Below are positions 1-11,600 of a DNA stretch of 23,224 nucleotides, one piece after another. The DNA lies in IMG/VR virus record IMGVR_UViG_3300033068_001610, positions 64,001 to 87,224 of that record; one strand, 5' to 3'. The notes under the pieces are model-generated. The model was given only the letters and a program-made list of their open reading frames with translations, ran no database searches and was not told where the DNA came from. The stretch is from a virus (lineage: Duplodnaviria; Heunggongvirae; Uroviricota; Caudoviricetes). Position 1 is the first letter of the stretch. The number at the start of each line of letters is the position of its first letter. A program made the translations under genes and the position numbers.

Positions 1-1
1 A

Positions 2-3000
2 GGAATTACTATTGGTTCTGTTGATGTAAACAAGATTGAAGACTTAAAACTTGTTCCTGTATCAGAAGAAACAGAAAGCACAGGTAATGAAAAATTGGAC
101 AAATTAATTGTTCAATTAAATAGTGTTTATAGACAAGTTGGTAAAGTAGTAGCTGCAACAGAAGAACAAAAAGAATTTAAAAGAGAAAGATTAAATATAT
201 TAAAAGAAGCTATACGAGCTGCTCAGTCATCTAATAATGTAGAACCTTTAGTTACTGTTATTAAAGTGATGAGTAGAGAAGGTGAACAAATTATTAATGA
301 TTGGGAAACTCTTTATAGTAAAAAAGCAGCTTCTTCTGATGATGTTACAAATAAAGAACTTTCTGATTATGCTGATAGTATAAGAGAATATATTTCTATT
401 GCCAACATATTTGTAGATGTAGATAAAATGCTTAGTGATCTTATTTATACTCCTGAAATGGAAGTTGGTAAAAAGACAAAAAGAGAATTAATGGAACTAG
501 CAGAGAGAAAAAAATTAGCTAGAGAAATTAATGAAGAAGCCAAAGCTATTTTCTCCTCCAAAGATACTGTAAAAGAAATAGGAAATAAATTTGCTGACAA
601 GTTTATGGGGCAAAGAAATCTTGTTACAGGATTACTTAAGCCTGAAGCTATATGGTCTTCATTAAGTTCTATGTTTAGAGGAGCTGTTGATAGTCCATTA
701 AAATCTATTTTAATCTTAACCAAATTAACTGATAATGCTAGAGGTAGAGCAGTTAAAGATTCTACTAAAGAAATAGATGAATTAATGTCTATCAGAGAAA
801 AATTAGCAAAACGTGGTGGAGATTTTAGAGAACTTGTTCAAAAAATATATCAAAAAGATGACAAATCTAAATTGGTAAACAAACTCATCTATAAATTTAA
901 AAAAGAATTTTATGATGCTGTACAGGATAATTCATTAGAAGGAGCCCAAAGCAAGAAATGGATACTAGAAAATATCAATGTTGATGAATATAAAAAGGAA
1001 GCTTTAGATATATTAACTAAAAAAATAGCAAGGATAAAAAGTATCTATCAAGATAATGAAGAAATGATGATAGATCTTATAACTAAAGAAAGAGATAAAT
1101 GGGATATATCCAGAAAAACTTTCAATGGTTGGAATAACTATATCATTAAAAGACATCCAAAAGATATTTGGTTGTCTGATGATTATCTTGAGTTACAAAA
1201 AGATAATGATTTGATGGATTTATATAACTTTATCAGCAAAGTAAATACTAAAGCTGCAGATATTGGATATATTCAAAACAAAATTCATTCAACTTTTATT
1301 CCTTTTGTAAGAAAAAGCCTTGCTGAAAGTCTTGCTTGGGATTTTAGTTTGTCTGCTGTGACACAATTAGGAGATAATTTATCTTTAAGAGCAGGAGATA
1401 TTGGATATGGTTCTGTAAATGAGTTAACAAAAGAAATAGAACATTCTATACCTAAATATTATACTCATGATTTTTCTTTACAAGAAGATGGTAAACATGA
1501 TTATTCTGAAGTGAGTGAAGATATTTTCAAAAATATGATTTTATATATTAATCATATGCATAATTATAAATATCTATCTGAAGTGGAAGGACAAGTTCAA
1601 TTAGTTAAAACTATTGAAACATTTAAAAACCATTTAAGAACTTCTTTTGTTGGAAATATTGTTATGGAAGGAGGAAAACCACAAGAAGAAGGGGGTAATG
1701 AGAAAAATGCTAAAATGTTTGATGAATTTATGAGAGCAGTCTTTTATGAAGAAAAATATCCATTATCTTCTGGAGACACTCCTATTAACATTGATGTTAC
1801 AAATTTTATAAAAAAAGCCATTAATAAAGTGGCAGGGAAAGAAGTTTACACTGTAGATGAAAATCCTGATGCAAAATCATTAATTAAAACTATTGATGCT
1901 GCAAATAGAGCTTTTCAACTCAAGACTTTGGGATTTGAATTCATTTCTGGAGCTGTTAACTGGTTTGGTAATAACATTCAAATAGCAACTCAGTCAGGTA
2001 ATTACTTTAAAGCTAGAGAAATTCTTTCTAATGAGGGAAAACTATTAGGTAATAAGTTTAAAAATGATGAAGAAAGAGAAATGTTTATTCAATTAATCAA
2101 TACTTTCCTTCCACTAAAAGATGATCCTTCCTATGATGCAATGAAAGAGGCAGGGATGACTGAATTAACCAAACACAATTTTGCTGATATGTTAATGTGG
2201 TTTATGAGAGAACCTGAAAACCATATGCAAAAAACTATATTTTTAACATTATTAGATAACACAATGGTTGTGGATGGCAAGCTTGTTAATATAAGAGAAT
2301 ATGTCAATAATAAATATAGTGATAGATATAGTAGTGCTCAAACATATGCTGATGCTTCAAAAAATATTGAAAAAGAAATTGAAGAATTAAAGAAAACAAG
2401 TTCTATTTCTGCTATTAAAACACTTGAAGATGGTAAACTAGTTATACCAGGATTTGATTTGGATAATTTTAATGAAACAAATCGTTTATCTACATTGGCA
2501 AAACGTATATCAAGAAATGCTACTGGTAGCATGACACAAACAGACATCAATAAAATGAACATGAATGTTTGGACTAAATCCATGATGGTGTTCAAAGGAT
2601 GGATTCCAAAGTTGGTTGATACTAGGTTTGGTGAGTTTAGAAAAATATCAGATGATTTCTCTGTTCAAATTGACGATGATGGTTTAACAACAGGAGAAAA
2701 ATATGATATAGGTAGAATTAGATTGTTTGCTTCTTTCTTACATTTCAATATAATTAGAACTATTACAGAGATTAATGATATTTTATCAGTCAATGAAAAT
2801 GGTTTAGTTAAATTAGATGAATTGTTTTTAAAGTATTCTGAAGTGTATAAAAAACAAACAGGGGAAGATTTAACAATGACTAAAGCAGAATTTGCTGATC
2901 TTATAAGAAACAATCTTCGCAACCAAGTAAAAGAACTTTCAGTGCTGTTTTCTCTTCTAGGGTTGATGACATCAATGGGATATTTTGAACCAGATGATGA

Positions 3001-3367
3001 CAAAGACAAAGCAGCAAATAATTTTCACAGATTTTCCCTTAAAGTGATTGATAAATTTGTTGGAGAACTTTCCTTCTTTTACAATCCTGTAGAGATTGAA
3101 AAGATATTAAGTGGTAGTGCTTTCCCTGCATTAGGTTTATTTTCTGATGCTTCCAGGTTTACAAAACATTTAGCTTTACAAACAACAGGATTTGACTGGG
3201 GTAATACAGAACTTACACAAGAACAAGTAAGAAAAAAAGCACAACCTATTAAATATTTAGGAAAAATGCTTCCTATTACAAAATCATTTATTACTTATGG
3301 AGCTATTATGAGTGATGAATTTGCTAGAGAGTATGATGTAACAATTCAGAAAAATAATAATAGGTAA
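2..3367 (+). CDS. Giant phage protein, C-terminal part only (5' end outside window); putative virion cargo/internal ejection protein
   Basis: Frame is open from position 2 (GITIGSVDVNK...), so the TTG at 95 is internal. Helical and Lys/Glu-rich. The late segment RISRNATGSMTQTD...MMVFKGWIPKLVDTRFG resembles C-termini of large Crassvirales-type internal proteins (from memory). Confidence 0.55.
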   Translation, partial: GITIGSVDVNKIEDLKLVPVSEETESTGNEKLDKLIVQLNSVYRQVGKVVAATEEQKEFKRERLNILKEAIRAAQSSNNVEPLVTVIKVMSREGEQIINDWETLYSKKAASSDDVTNKELSDYADSIREYISIANIFVDVDKMLSDLIYTPEMEVGKKTKRELMELAERKKLAREINEEAKAIFSSKDTVKEIGNKFADKFMGQRNLVTGLLKPEAIWSSLSSMFRGAVDSPLKSILILTKLTDNARGRAVKDSTKEIDELMSIREKLAKRGGDFRELVQKIYQKDDKSKLVNKLIYKFKKEFYDAVQDNSLEGAQSKKWILENINVDEYKKEALDILTKKIARIKSIYQDNEEMMIDLITKERDKWDISRKTFNGWNNYIIKRHPKDIWLSDDYLELQKDNDLMDLYNFISKVNTKAADIGYIQNKIHSTFIPFVRKSLAESLAWDFSLSAVTQLGDNLSLRAGDIGYGSVNELTKEIEHSIPKYYTHDFSLQEDGKHDYSEVSEDIFKNMILYINHMHNYKYLSEVEGQVQLVKTIETFKNHLRTSFVGNIVMEGGKPQEEGGNEKNAKMFDEFMRAVFYEEKYPLSSGDTPINIDVTNFIKKAINKVAGKEVYTVDENPDAKSLIKTIDAANRAFQLKTLGFEFISGAVNWFGNNIQIATQSGNYFKAREILSNEGKLLGNKFKNDEEREMFIQLINTFLPLKDDPSYDAMKEAGMTELTKHNFADMLMWFMREPENHMQKTIFLTLLDNTMVVDGKLVNIREYVNNKYSDRYSSAQTYADASKNIEKEIEELKKTSSISAIKTLEDGKLVIPGFDLDNFNETNRLSTLAKRISRNATGSMTQTDINKMNMNVWTKSMMVFKGWIPKLVDTRFGEFRKISDDFSVQIDDDGLTTGEKYDIGRIRLFASFLHFNIIRTITEINDILSVNENGLVKLDELFLKYSEVYKKQTGEDLTMTKAEFADLIRNNLRNQVKELSVLFSLLGLMTSMGYFEPDDDKDKAANNFHRFSLKVIDKFVGELSFFYNPVEIEKILSGSAFPALGLFSDASRFTKHLALQTTGFDWGNTELTQEQVRKKAQPIKYLGKMLPITKSFITYGAIMSDEFAREYDVTIQKNNNR

Positions 3368-3371
3368 TATA

Positions 3372-3442
3372 GCTATATTATATCTTATAAAAAAGTGTAT
3401 AATTTTTAATTTGAAATATAAATATTAAATTTGTATATTAAT
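3372..3442 (+). promoter_or_regulatory. Putative promoter: GCTATATTATA-N5-TAAAAAA ... TAAATTTGTATATTAAT
   Basis: TAAATTTG (3426-3433) matches the Bacteroidota -7 consensus TAnnTTTG, 20 nt before the ATG at 3454. The same architecture recurs at 12163-12233. Confidence 0.6.
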
Positions 3443-3453
3443 AATCCCATGCT

Positions 3454-6400
3454 ATGAGTTTACATTGTGGTCCATCTTCTTGCTCCATTTTATTAAGTGC
3501 ACAATGTGTATTTTACGAGGGAGCAAATCTTATATATACAGGAATTAATACCAATGATTCTGTTCAAACAGCCATAGAAAAAATAGAGGCTGCTTTTAAT
3601 ATGGGATATGCTGGAAGTTCTGGTACATCAGGAACTAGTGGTGTAAATGGAAGTTCTGGTACATCAGGAACTAGTGGTGTAAATGGAAGTTCTGGTAGTG
3701 CAGGTACATCTGGTACAGATGGAACTACAGGAGTTTCTGGGTCTAGTGGTACTTCAGGAATAGATGGGGCAACAGGATTGTCAGGCACAAGTGGTTCTTC
3801 AGGAACTAGTGCAATTGATGGAACATCAGGATCATCTGGAACATCAGGTATTAATGGTAGTATGGGGTCTAGTGGTTCTGCAGGTTCTTCTGGAACTAGT
3901 GGAACATCTGCAATAGATGGTACATCTGGTACCACAGGAAGTTCAGGAACAAGTGGAATTGATGGTTCTACAGGATCTTCTGGCTCAGCAGGTTCTAGTG
4001 GTACAAGTGGAACGTCAGGTAGTACTGGAACATCTGGAAGTAGTGGAACCTCTGGTACATCAGCAACTGCTGGTACTTCAGGAACCACTGGAACTTCTGG
4101 TACGTCAGGTATTAGTGGATCTTCTGGAACCACAGGTACTAGTGGTACCACTGGTACAAGTGGAACAACAGGAACTAGTGGAACTTCTGGTATCAATGGA
4201 ACGTCTGGCTCTAGTGGAACCACTGGGACATCAGGAACCACTGGTACAAGTGGAACTTCTGGAATATCAGGGACAAGTGGCACAACAGGCACAAGTGGAA
4301 CCACAGGTACGTCTGGTACATCAGGGTTAACTGGTTCTTCAGGTACGTCTGGAACAACTGGTACTTCTGGAACTAGTGCTATAAATGGAACAGCAGGTAC
4401 TTCAGGTACTTCAGGGATAAATGGCACTTCTGGTACTAGTGGAACTACTGGCACCTCTGGGACTACAGGAACCAGTGGTAGCTCAGGAATAAATGGGACT
4501 AGTGGTACTACAGGTACGTCTGGTACATCAGGAAATAATGGTACTTCTGGAACAACAGGAACCTCTGGTATTAATGGTACCTCTGGAATAAATGGAACTA
4601 GTGGCACAACTGGTACTAGTGGTAGTTCAGGGACTACAGGAACATCAGGTACAACTGGTACGAGTGGTGTTTCAGGAACTTCTGGAACTACTGGAACTTC
4701 TGGGACTTCTGGAATTAGTGGTACGTCAGGCAGTAGTGGGACAACTGGTACTTCTGGTACTAGTGGATTAAATGGTACGTCAGGTATAAATGGTACATCA
4801 GGATCTTCTGGTACAACTGGTACTAGTGGAACATCTGGAAATAGTGGTACTTCTGGGGTGAGTGGTACTAGTGGAACAACAGGTACCAGTGGTACAACAG
4901 GAACTTCTGGAACATCTGGAATAAATGGAACATCTGGAACAACTGGTACTTCTGGTACATCTGGATTGAGTGGAACAAGTGGATTAACAGGAACTTCTGG
5001 TACTACTGGAACAAGTGGAACTACTGGTACATCAGGAACTTCTGGTTTAAATGGTACAAGTGGTATTAATGGAACTTCAGGTGTTAGTGGGACTAGTGGT
5101 TCAAGTGGGACTAGTGGTCTTACTGGTACATCTGGTGTGTCTGGAACTGCAGGTACATCAGGTACCTCAGGACTTAATGGTACATCTGGTTTATCAGGCA
5201 CAAGTGGTACAACTGGAACTTCTGGTACAAGTGGTACTAGTGGGGCTAATGGCACTAATGGTGTCAATGGCACTAATGGAACTACTGGTACTTCAGGTAG
5301 TAGTGGTGTTAGTGGAACCTCAGGCACAACAGGAACTAGTGGGACAAGTGGTAATACTGGGACTAGTGGAGTTAATGGTACATCAGGCACAACAGGCACT
5401 TCAGGTACTACAGGTACTAGTGGAACAAGAGGTACATCAGGAACTTCAGGAGTTAGTGGAACTTCAGGAATTAATGGAACTTCAGGTACTACAGGGACTT
5501 CAGGTACAAGTGGTGTTAGTGGTACTTCAGGGTTAACAGGTACATCAGGAACTAGTGGAACATCAGGTGTTAATGGTGGAACAGGTACTAGTGGAACAAG
5601 TGGTACAAGTGGAAATTCAGGAACAAGTGGAGTAAATGGTACTTCAGGAACCACAGGTACAAGTGGTACAAGTGGAGTTAATGGAGGTGCTGGTACTAGT
5701 GGTACATCAGGAACAAGTGGTGCAAATGGAACTTCAGGTACAACAGGCACAAGTGGTACTACAGGTACTTCTGGTACTAGAGGAACAAGTGGAACCAGTG
5801 GTTTAAATGGTACTTCTGGGGTAAATGGTACAAGTGGTGTAAGTGGGACAAGTGGTTCTAGTGGAACCTCTGGATTAAATGGCACCAGTGGTACAACTGG
5901 TACTTCTGGCACGTCAGGTACTAGAGGAACTAGTGGTATTAATGGTACATCAGGAGTGAGTGGAACTTCAGGGACTACTGGAACTTCTGGAACAAGTGGT
6001 GTGTCAGGTACATCTGGTGTTAATGGTACCAGTGGAGTAAATGGGGGTAATGGAACATCTGGTACTAGTGGTACATCAGGAGCTAATGGAGCTTCTGGAA
6101 CTTCTGGAACAAGTGGTACTTCAGGTACATCTGTAACTGTATCAGGAACAACTAACACTATAACTAAATTTACTTCTGCTACAACTATAGGCAATAGTTT
6201 GATTTATGATAATGGGACTTTCATAGGTATAGGAACAACAACTGATAATGGCAGTAAATTAAGAGTAGAAGGAGATACATATATTAGTGGAAAAGTTTCA
6301 TTAGGTCAAAGTACATACCATAAACCAGTCACTACTCAATGTGCAGGAGAAATAGTATATTATGGAACTGGTACAACAGTTGCTGGTAAATTATATTACT

Positions 6401-6717
6401 TAAGTACAGGTCTTGTATGGACATTAGCAGATTCAGATGCAGCAGCTTCTTCATCAGGAATGTTAGGTATTGCAATAGGAACAAACCCAGCTACAAATGG
6501 AATGTTAGTTAGAGGTTCTGCTAGATTTGATGCATTAACTCCTTATACAGCTATGACTGCTGGACAAATTCTTTATGTATCTACTACAGCAGGAGATTTT
6601 ACTGCAACTGCACCAACAGGAACAGGTAAAGTAGTTAGAGTAATAGGTTATTGTGTTGATGATACAAATAATACATTATATTTTTGTCCTGATAATACTT
6701 GGATAGAATTAACTTAA
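3454..6717 (+). CDS. Gly-Thr-Ser triplet-repeat fibre-like virion protein (1087 aa)
   Basis: Short Cys-containing N-terminus ([17 protein letters not shown]), ~843 aa G-X-X repeat, then a tail-fibre-like GIGTT segment and a C-terminal globular domain ([16 protein letters not shown]...GMLVRG...VRVIGYC). Confidence 0.75.
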   Translation: MSLHCGPSSCSILLSAQCVFYEGANLIYTGINTNDSVQTAIEKIEAAFNMGYAGSSGTSGTSGVNGSSGTSGTSGVNGSSGSAGTSGTDGTTGVSGSSGTSGIDGATGLSGTSGSSGTSAIDGTSGSSGTSGINGSMGSSGSAGSSGTSGTSAIDGTSGTTGSSGTSGIDGSTGSSGSAGSSGTSGTSGSTGTSGSSGTSGTSATAGTSGTTGTSGTSGISGSSGTTGTSGTTGTSGTTGTSGTSGINGTSGSSGTTGTSGTTGTSGTSGISGTSGTTGTSGTTGTSGTSGLTGSSGTSGTTGTSGTSAINGTAGTSGTSGINGTSGTSGTTGTSGTTGTSGSSGINGTSGTTGTSGTSGNNGTSGTTGTSGINGTSGINGTSGTTGTSGSSGTTGTSGTTGTSGVSGTSGTTGTSGTSGISGTSGSSGTTGTSGTSGLNGTSGINGTSGSSGTTGTSGTSGNSGTSGVSGTSGTTGTSGTTGTSGTSGINGTSGTTGTSGTSGLSGTSGLTGTSGTTGTSGTTGTSGTSGLNGTSGINGTSGVSGTSGSSGTSGLTGTSGVSGTAGTSGTSGLNGTSGLSGTSGTTGTSGTSGTSGANGTNGVNGTNGTTGTSGSSGVSGTSGTTGTSGTSGNTGTSGVNGTSGTTGTSGTTGTSGTRGTSGTSGVSGTSGINGTSGTTGTSGTSGVSGTSGLTGTSGTSGTSGVNGGTGTSGTSGTSGNSGTSGVNGTSGTTGTSGTSGVNGGAGTSGTSGTSGANGTSGTTGTSGTTGTSGTRGTSGTSGLNGTSGVNGTSGVSGTSGSSGTSGLNGTSGTTGTSGTSGTRGTSGINGTSGVSGTSGTTGTSGTSGVSGTSGVNGTSGVNGGNGTSGTSGTSGANGASGTSGTSGTSGTSVTVSGTTNTITKFTSATTIGNSLIYDNGTFIGIGTTTDNGSKLRVEGDTYISGKVSLGQSTYHKPVTTQCAGEIVYYGTGTTVAGKLYYLSTGLVWTLADSDAAASSSGMLGIAIGTNPATNGMLVRGSARFDALTPYTAMTAGQILYVSTTAGDFTATAPTGTGKVVRVIGYCVDDTNNTLYFCPDNTWIELT
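3604..6132 (+). repeat. Coding G-X-X triplet repeat, 281 triplets (9-nt period), synonymously diverged
   Basis: [15 protein letters not shown] triplets. Register is kept over 2529 nt, with only a few G-to-A substitutions (AID, ATA, AIN) and no Pro. Confidence 0.95.
3613..3696 (+). repeat. Exact 36-nt tandem duplication (2 copies plus 12 nt)
   Basis: ggaagttctggtacatcaggaactagtggtgtaaat at 3613-3648 and 3649-3684, followed by ggaagttctggt. Confidence 0.9.
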
Positions 6718-6726
6718 TAAAAAATA

Positions 6727-7662
6727 ATGGCAACAATACAAACAGCTACAACATCAGGTGTAATTAGAAATAGCGGAACCAACTACTTTGCAGTTCTTAG
6801 TGCTGCTACAGGTACATTTGTGCAAGTATATCCTACTTCTGGTTTAGTTGGACAAGCTCAGATAGGTTCTACTTTTTATGTAAATAGAGGACTTATGGCG
6901 TTTAATACTGTAGGTATTACTAGTGTGCCAGTCAGTGCAACATTTAACTTTTATATGGGGGCTGTCAACTATTCTTCATATAAAGTAGTAAAAGCTACTG
7001 CTCCAAATACTTCTATTAATTTAGCATTAGCAGATTATAACAATTATACTGCAACTAAGTATGTAACTAATAATTTTGTAGTAAATGGAACTGGATGGTA
7101 TTCATTACCGCTAAATGCAACAGCTTTATCTGATTTAGATTTATTAACTACATTTCAGATAGGGATTTTATCTGCTTTGGAAGGTACTGGACCAATTACA
7201 GAAGATTTTAGAGATAACTTATACTTTAACGGGTTCCCCCCATATATTGAATATACTTTAGCTAGTGGATTTCCTCATAAAGTGTTTAGTACACCTGTAG
7301 CAAATCAAAATAAAATAAATACTACTCTTTTTAATACTATAAAAAGAATAGACGGTGTACCTGTTGCCCCAACATCATACCCAGATTATTTTACTGATTC
7401 TTTTGATACTAGTTATACAACTGCTGGAAATGCGTGTGCTTCACCTTCATCTCCAGCAAATAGAACTATAAGATATATTAGTGGGTCTTATACTGCTGGA
7501 CAATATACTGTTGGTAGTACAGTTTATACAGATAGTAGTCTAACTACTACTTTTAATGGTGGTAATAATTGGTATGGAATTGGATTAGGAAGTGCTTATA
7601 TAAGTACTTATCAAATATCTACAAGCGGTGTTATACTTAATGTAGATAATTGTGGTTATTAA
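6727..7662 (+). CDS. Putative virion structural/fibre-associated beta-rich protein (311 aa)
   Basis: Rich in Thr/Ser/Gly/Tyr and follows the fibre gene by 9 nt. RGLMAFNT...SATFNFY is weakly reminiscent of DNRLRE-type jelly-roll domains. C-terminal module FNGGNNWY...ISTSGVI. Confidence 0.55.
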   Translation: MATIQTATTSGVIRNSGTNYFAVLSAATGTFVQVYPTSGLVGQAQIGSTFYVNRGLMAFNTVGITSVPVSATFNFYMGAVNYSSYKVVKATAPNTSINLALADYNNYTATKYVTNNFVVNGTGWYSLPLNATALSDLDLLTTFQIGILSALEGTGPITEDFRDNLYFNGFPPYIEYTLASGFPHKVFSTPVANQNKINTTLFNTIKRIDGVPVAPTSYPDYFTDSFDTSYTTAGNACASPSSPANRTIRYISGSYTAGQYTVGSTVYTDSSLTTTFNGGNNWYGIGLGSAYISTYQISTSGVILNVDNCGY

Positions 7663-7682
7663 AAATAAATAAATAAATAAAA

Positions 7683-7859
7683 ATGGAAAATTTAATTTCA
7701 GTATTAGTGATTGTAGCAGTTTTAGCTACTCTTGTAGTAATCTACAAAAGAAGAGAAATCTTTAAAAATAAAATAAATGGGAATGGAGAATATATAACTC
7801 CAGAAGATGTAAAAGAAGTTCCTAGTAAAGATTTAGAAGAACCTAAAGGAAGAGAATAA
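7683..7859 (+). CDS. Small single-pass membrane protein (58 aa), not in ORF track
   Basis: MENLISVLVIVAVLATLVVIYKRREIF...: ATG after an A-rich leader, hydrophobic helix followed by KRR. Confidence 0.65.
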   Translation: MENLISVLVIVAVLATLVVIYKRREIFKNKINGNGEYITPEDVKEVPSKDLEEPKGRE

Positions 7860-7874
7860 TAAATTTTATTTAAA

Positions 7875-8001
7875 ATGAATAGACAAGGGATTAGTTATTA
7901 GTACAGATGGTTCTAAATTATTTCTTTCAAATTATTCAGGAAGTTTTGTAAAAGGATTTAATTTAACCAAACCATTTCAAATCTATGCCAAGTTTGGTTA
8001 A
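7875..8001 (+). pseudogene. Frameshifted, truncated beta-propeller-blade remnant
   Basis: ATG 7875 (MNRQG) stops at 7899. Removing one base of the GGG run gives GLVISTDGSKLFLSNYSGSFVKGFNLTKPFQI, similar to G-x-x-F-x-x-DG-x-K propeller blades. Its TAA (7999-8001) overlaps the opposite-strand FkbM stop. Confidence 0.4.
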
Positions 8002-8657
8002 TGATTATCAATGTAGATAATTACTTCAGTATAATAATGCAGAAATGATTCATTCCACACATCCCATTTAATATCACAACCATCAAAAGAATGTATTTGA
8101 AAATTGGGAAATATTCTTAAATAAACATCCCTGAATACTCTGAATTTTTCTATAGCTTCTGGTGTACCAAGATGCCATTCTCCTGCTATATATTTAACAT
8201 TGGCTTTTATCCAGGTTAAGTTTTTTATAGTGAAAATATCATATTCTCCCCCCTCACAATCTGTCTTAAGGAAGTCAATTGTTTTGATGTTGTAATCTTC
8301 CACAACTTTCATAAAAGTGGTGGAATACATACTATCTTCTTCAACAAAAGGAGTATCAAAAATAAACTCTCCCACTACGTTGGAAATCCCTTTATTTATA
8401 GGGGTAACATTTCCATGTCTAGTATTAAGAACAAGTGTTTTAAATTCTTCAAAGCTGGGCTCAAATGCAAATACATTTGCAGGATTTTTATTTAGTATTG
8501 AATAAGTAAAGGGACCTAAACTAGCCCCTATATCAAATACTACATCTCCTTCTTTTACATCATGAAATTTAGTGTAAATTTTATCCACAAAAATTTCTTT
8601 TTCTATAGTTTCCCTGAATCCTGGGTAGCATTCAGGAGTCCATATAAATTTTTTCAT
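7998..8657 (-). CDS. FkbM family SAM-dependent methyltransferase
   Basis: VVFDIGASLGPF (motif I), VFAFEPS, IDFLKTDCEGGEYDI and GEWH are typical FkbM/Methyltransf_21 motifs. ATGA overlap with the upstream GT gene. Confidence 0.85.
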   Translation of the reverse strand: MKKFIWTPECYPGFRETIEKEIFVDKIYTKFHDVKEGDVVFDIGASLGPFTYSILNKNPANVFAFEPSFEEFKTLVLNTRHGNVTPINKGISNVVGEFIFDTPFVEEDSMYSTTFMKVVEDYNIKTIDFLKTDCEGGEYDIFTIKNLTWIKANVKYIAGEWHLGTPEAIEKFRVFRDVYLRIFPNFQIHSFDGCDIKWDVWNESFLHYYTEVIIYIDNH

Positions 8658-11600
8658 TTTATAATTTTATTAATCTCATTAATAACCATGGTAGATGTGA
8701 TGGCTTTTTGACATTCAAATTGCTTATCAGTTCCTTTGTTGATTGGGCACCAGTCCCAATCTCCTTTATCAAACTTGAAGTTTGGATTATTCCAACAGCT
8801 ATTACATACTGATTTTACTATTGGTCTATGACATTTAAATTCATGTTCTTCATTGGTAAAATTAGAAATCATAATCACTTCTTTACCTAAAGCCCAAGCT
8901 AGCCAAGTTAAACCTGAAGAAAGACCTATGAAAAATTCACTGTTGAAAATTTCATACATAGTGTTTTCCATAGACTTGTCCTGCAAAGACACACAATTTT
9001 CAAAAAGATTGTCTTCCAAAGAAGTATTAACAACAGTATATCCTTTTTTATAAAGATATGTAATAACCTCTTGCCAATTTTCTCTAGTCCAAAACTTACA
9101 CCCTGCAGTACTGTTAGTTGCTATGGTTACATACTTTTTAGTTGTACCCTGTCTTGTCTTTACAATAATAGAAGGTTTAATTTCTACATACTCGAGACCA
9201 AGGATATTGGTAGCAGTTTGCTGAAGAGGAATAGTGTTAGGCAGCACAGGCTCTTTATCAGAATTGTAAAACCAACCTATCTTATACATTGCATAAATAT
9301 TTTGAACTGTAGAGCCTGGATTGACAAATTCTACATCAGTGTATACCTCTTGAAAAAGAGAATTATGAAATGTAGATACAATTACTTTGCAGTTATGTTT
9401 AAGTCTAAATTCTTCTACATAAGGAATCCAGGCAATAGTATCTCCAAGAGACTTACTATCAAAAGAAATATACACTCTACTATTCAAATAGTCTAAGTTA
9501 TTAACATAAACTAATTTATCATCTTTGTGCACTTTAATAGTCCATTTAGTATAATATTCTCTATTACATCTCACCCAATGATTAACTGGTATTTTGTCTG
9601 AGTGTACAAGTGTCTCTCCATCCCAAAATTCAATTGTAAATAAACTTTTTGAATGTCCTGTAACTTCTACAAATGGTTGACCAACAAAATTACAATTAAT
9701 TTTATAAGAAGGAGAATTTTTTCTAAATTCTGGAATTTTATTTTTCATAATGGTTTTATATAGTTTAATGTGATTATTTGCAAAATCTTCTGAAGTATTA
9801 TCTTCAGGTATTTCATAAGGAATTTTTTGCATAATAGTTTTTAACTTATTACTTACAAGATGTAGTGGATCTAAACTATGTGTATACTTATCATAAATTC
9901 CACAATATTGAGGAAGTCTTCTTGCAAGTATTGGAAGACCATAACTTATAGCTTCCTTTAGAACAAGTGGATTACACTCCCAAGTAGAATTAAACATGAA
10001 TATATCTGCAGCTTGCATGAATAAATGTATATCTTTTCGTTCTCCCCACACTTTTACATTACTAGGAAGATTTTTCATTAAAGGTTCCCAATAGTCTTGA
10101 AAATTACCAGCTTGATTACCTATAAAATGAAACATCACTTTAGGATGGTTTCTTGCAATTTCAATACCTTCTGCTTGATTTTTACCAGGAGTCCATAAGC
10201 CAACATTAATGACTTGTTTAACATATGGTTCCATTCCTAGATATAATCTAGATTGTTCTTTCAATACATTAGATATTTCTTTTTTGTCTATAGGAAACTC
10301 AATAACTTTTTTATATCCTTCATTATTACCAAATGTATTTAAATGATAGGGAGTGCAGAAAGCATAAGCATCTGGAACATAAATTTTATCTTTTGGTTTA
10401 AAAGAAATATCATGACAAGTTTCCACTATACGATATGATCTGTTATCATCATATAATTTTTCTATCATATTGAGATTTAATCTTTCAGACATTTCGTCAA
10501 TATGAACAATATTAGGTTGAATATCATTAATAATATTAATCAACTCTTGCTTTTGTTGTAATGTATAAAAGTTTTTTTGTCCTATTAATTTGATTATTGC
10601 ATTTCTTTGAACTACAAAATCTAAACTAACACAATCATATTCTACTACAAAAATTTCACATTCTCCTGTAGCTAATAAAGCCTCTATTCTTTTGAGAAGA
10701 AATGCAGGCATTCCCCCTGTAGACAAATGTGGAGCTAGAAATAGTATTTTTATTTTATTTATTGGTTTTTGTTTATCAATTTCTCTCCTCATTTCTTGCA
10801 TTTTTGGATAAGATTTTTCTCCATGAAAAAATAGAATATTTTCTTTATTTCCTATTCTTAACCATGCTTTATCTTCTATAGGTTCTCCTTTGTAAATAGA
10901 TTTTACAAGCTCTATTCCTCCATTCACATATACATAAGGAAGCCCTTTTTGTATGTTATATTTCCAAAGAAGAACATTAAGAATTGTTTCTTCATTATAA
11001 GGAGCATAATAAGGAGTGTTATGTTTAACTTCAGGATGATTACACATCCATATCCATTCATTCAAGAAAGCAATATTCCATTTAGAAGCTACAAAATATC
11101 CAGATTGTCTATATCGCTGTCTTACAAATTGATTAACATTAAATAATTTACATGCTGGAGCTTCTAAACTTTTGTGATATTCTGTTTCATCCATAACACC
11201 ACCTCTGTCATTATATTGTAGCCAATCATACATCCCTTCTACGAAGTAAGGATGTGACACTTTGTCAGGAAGCATTTCAAATATTTGATCTGCATTATGT
11301 GTAGCTACAGAATCAGAGTCTATATAAGCAACTACATTAGCATATTTTAATAGACAATCTTTAATTATCTCAGGACGTTGAATAAGAATGTTATATGTAT
11401 CACTATTAAATCTATCTATATATTTGCTTTGTTTTTTATCAACAATATTACAAGGCCAATAAATAGTAGTGGCTCCTTCAATAGTGTTGTTAAAATTTAA
11501 TAGATAAACAAATATAGGAATATCACTTACTGCTCTGATGGAGTCTACACATCCTTTCACAGTTTTAAAATAAGATGCTGTTGCATATAAAACATATGCT

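Noticed and set aside
95-97. TTG start for the first ORF
   Set aside because: Frame is open from position 2; the gene starts outside the window.
3604-6132. Ice-nucleation protein, CRISPR array or DGR variable region
   Set aside because: No AGYGST-type repeats, no repeat-spacer structure, and no reverse transcriptase or TR/VR pair in the window.
3564-6194. 876-aa Pro/Val-rich antisense ORF, plus + strand alternative frames 3917-4330 and 5051-5536
   Set aside because: Shadow frames produced by the stop-poor G-T-S codon repeat; no independent signals.
7663-7682. (AAAT)n microsatellite
   Set aside because: Short A-rich leader typical of Bacteroidota-type translation initiation regions.
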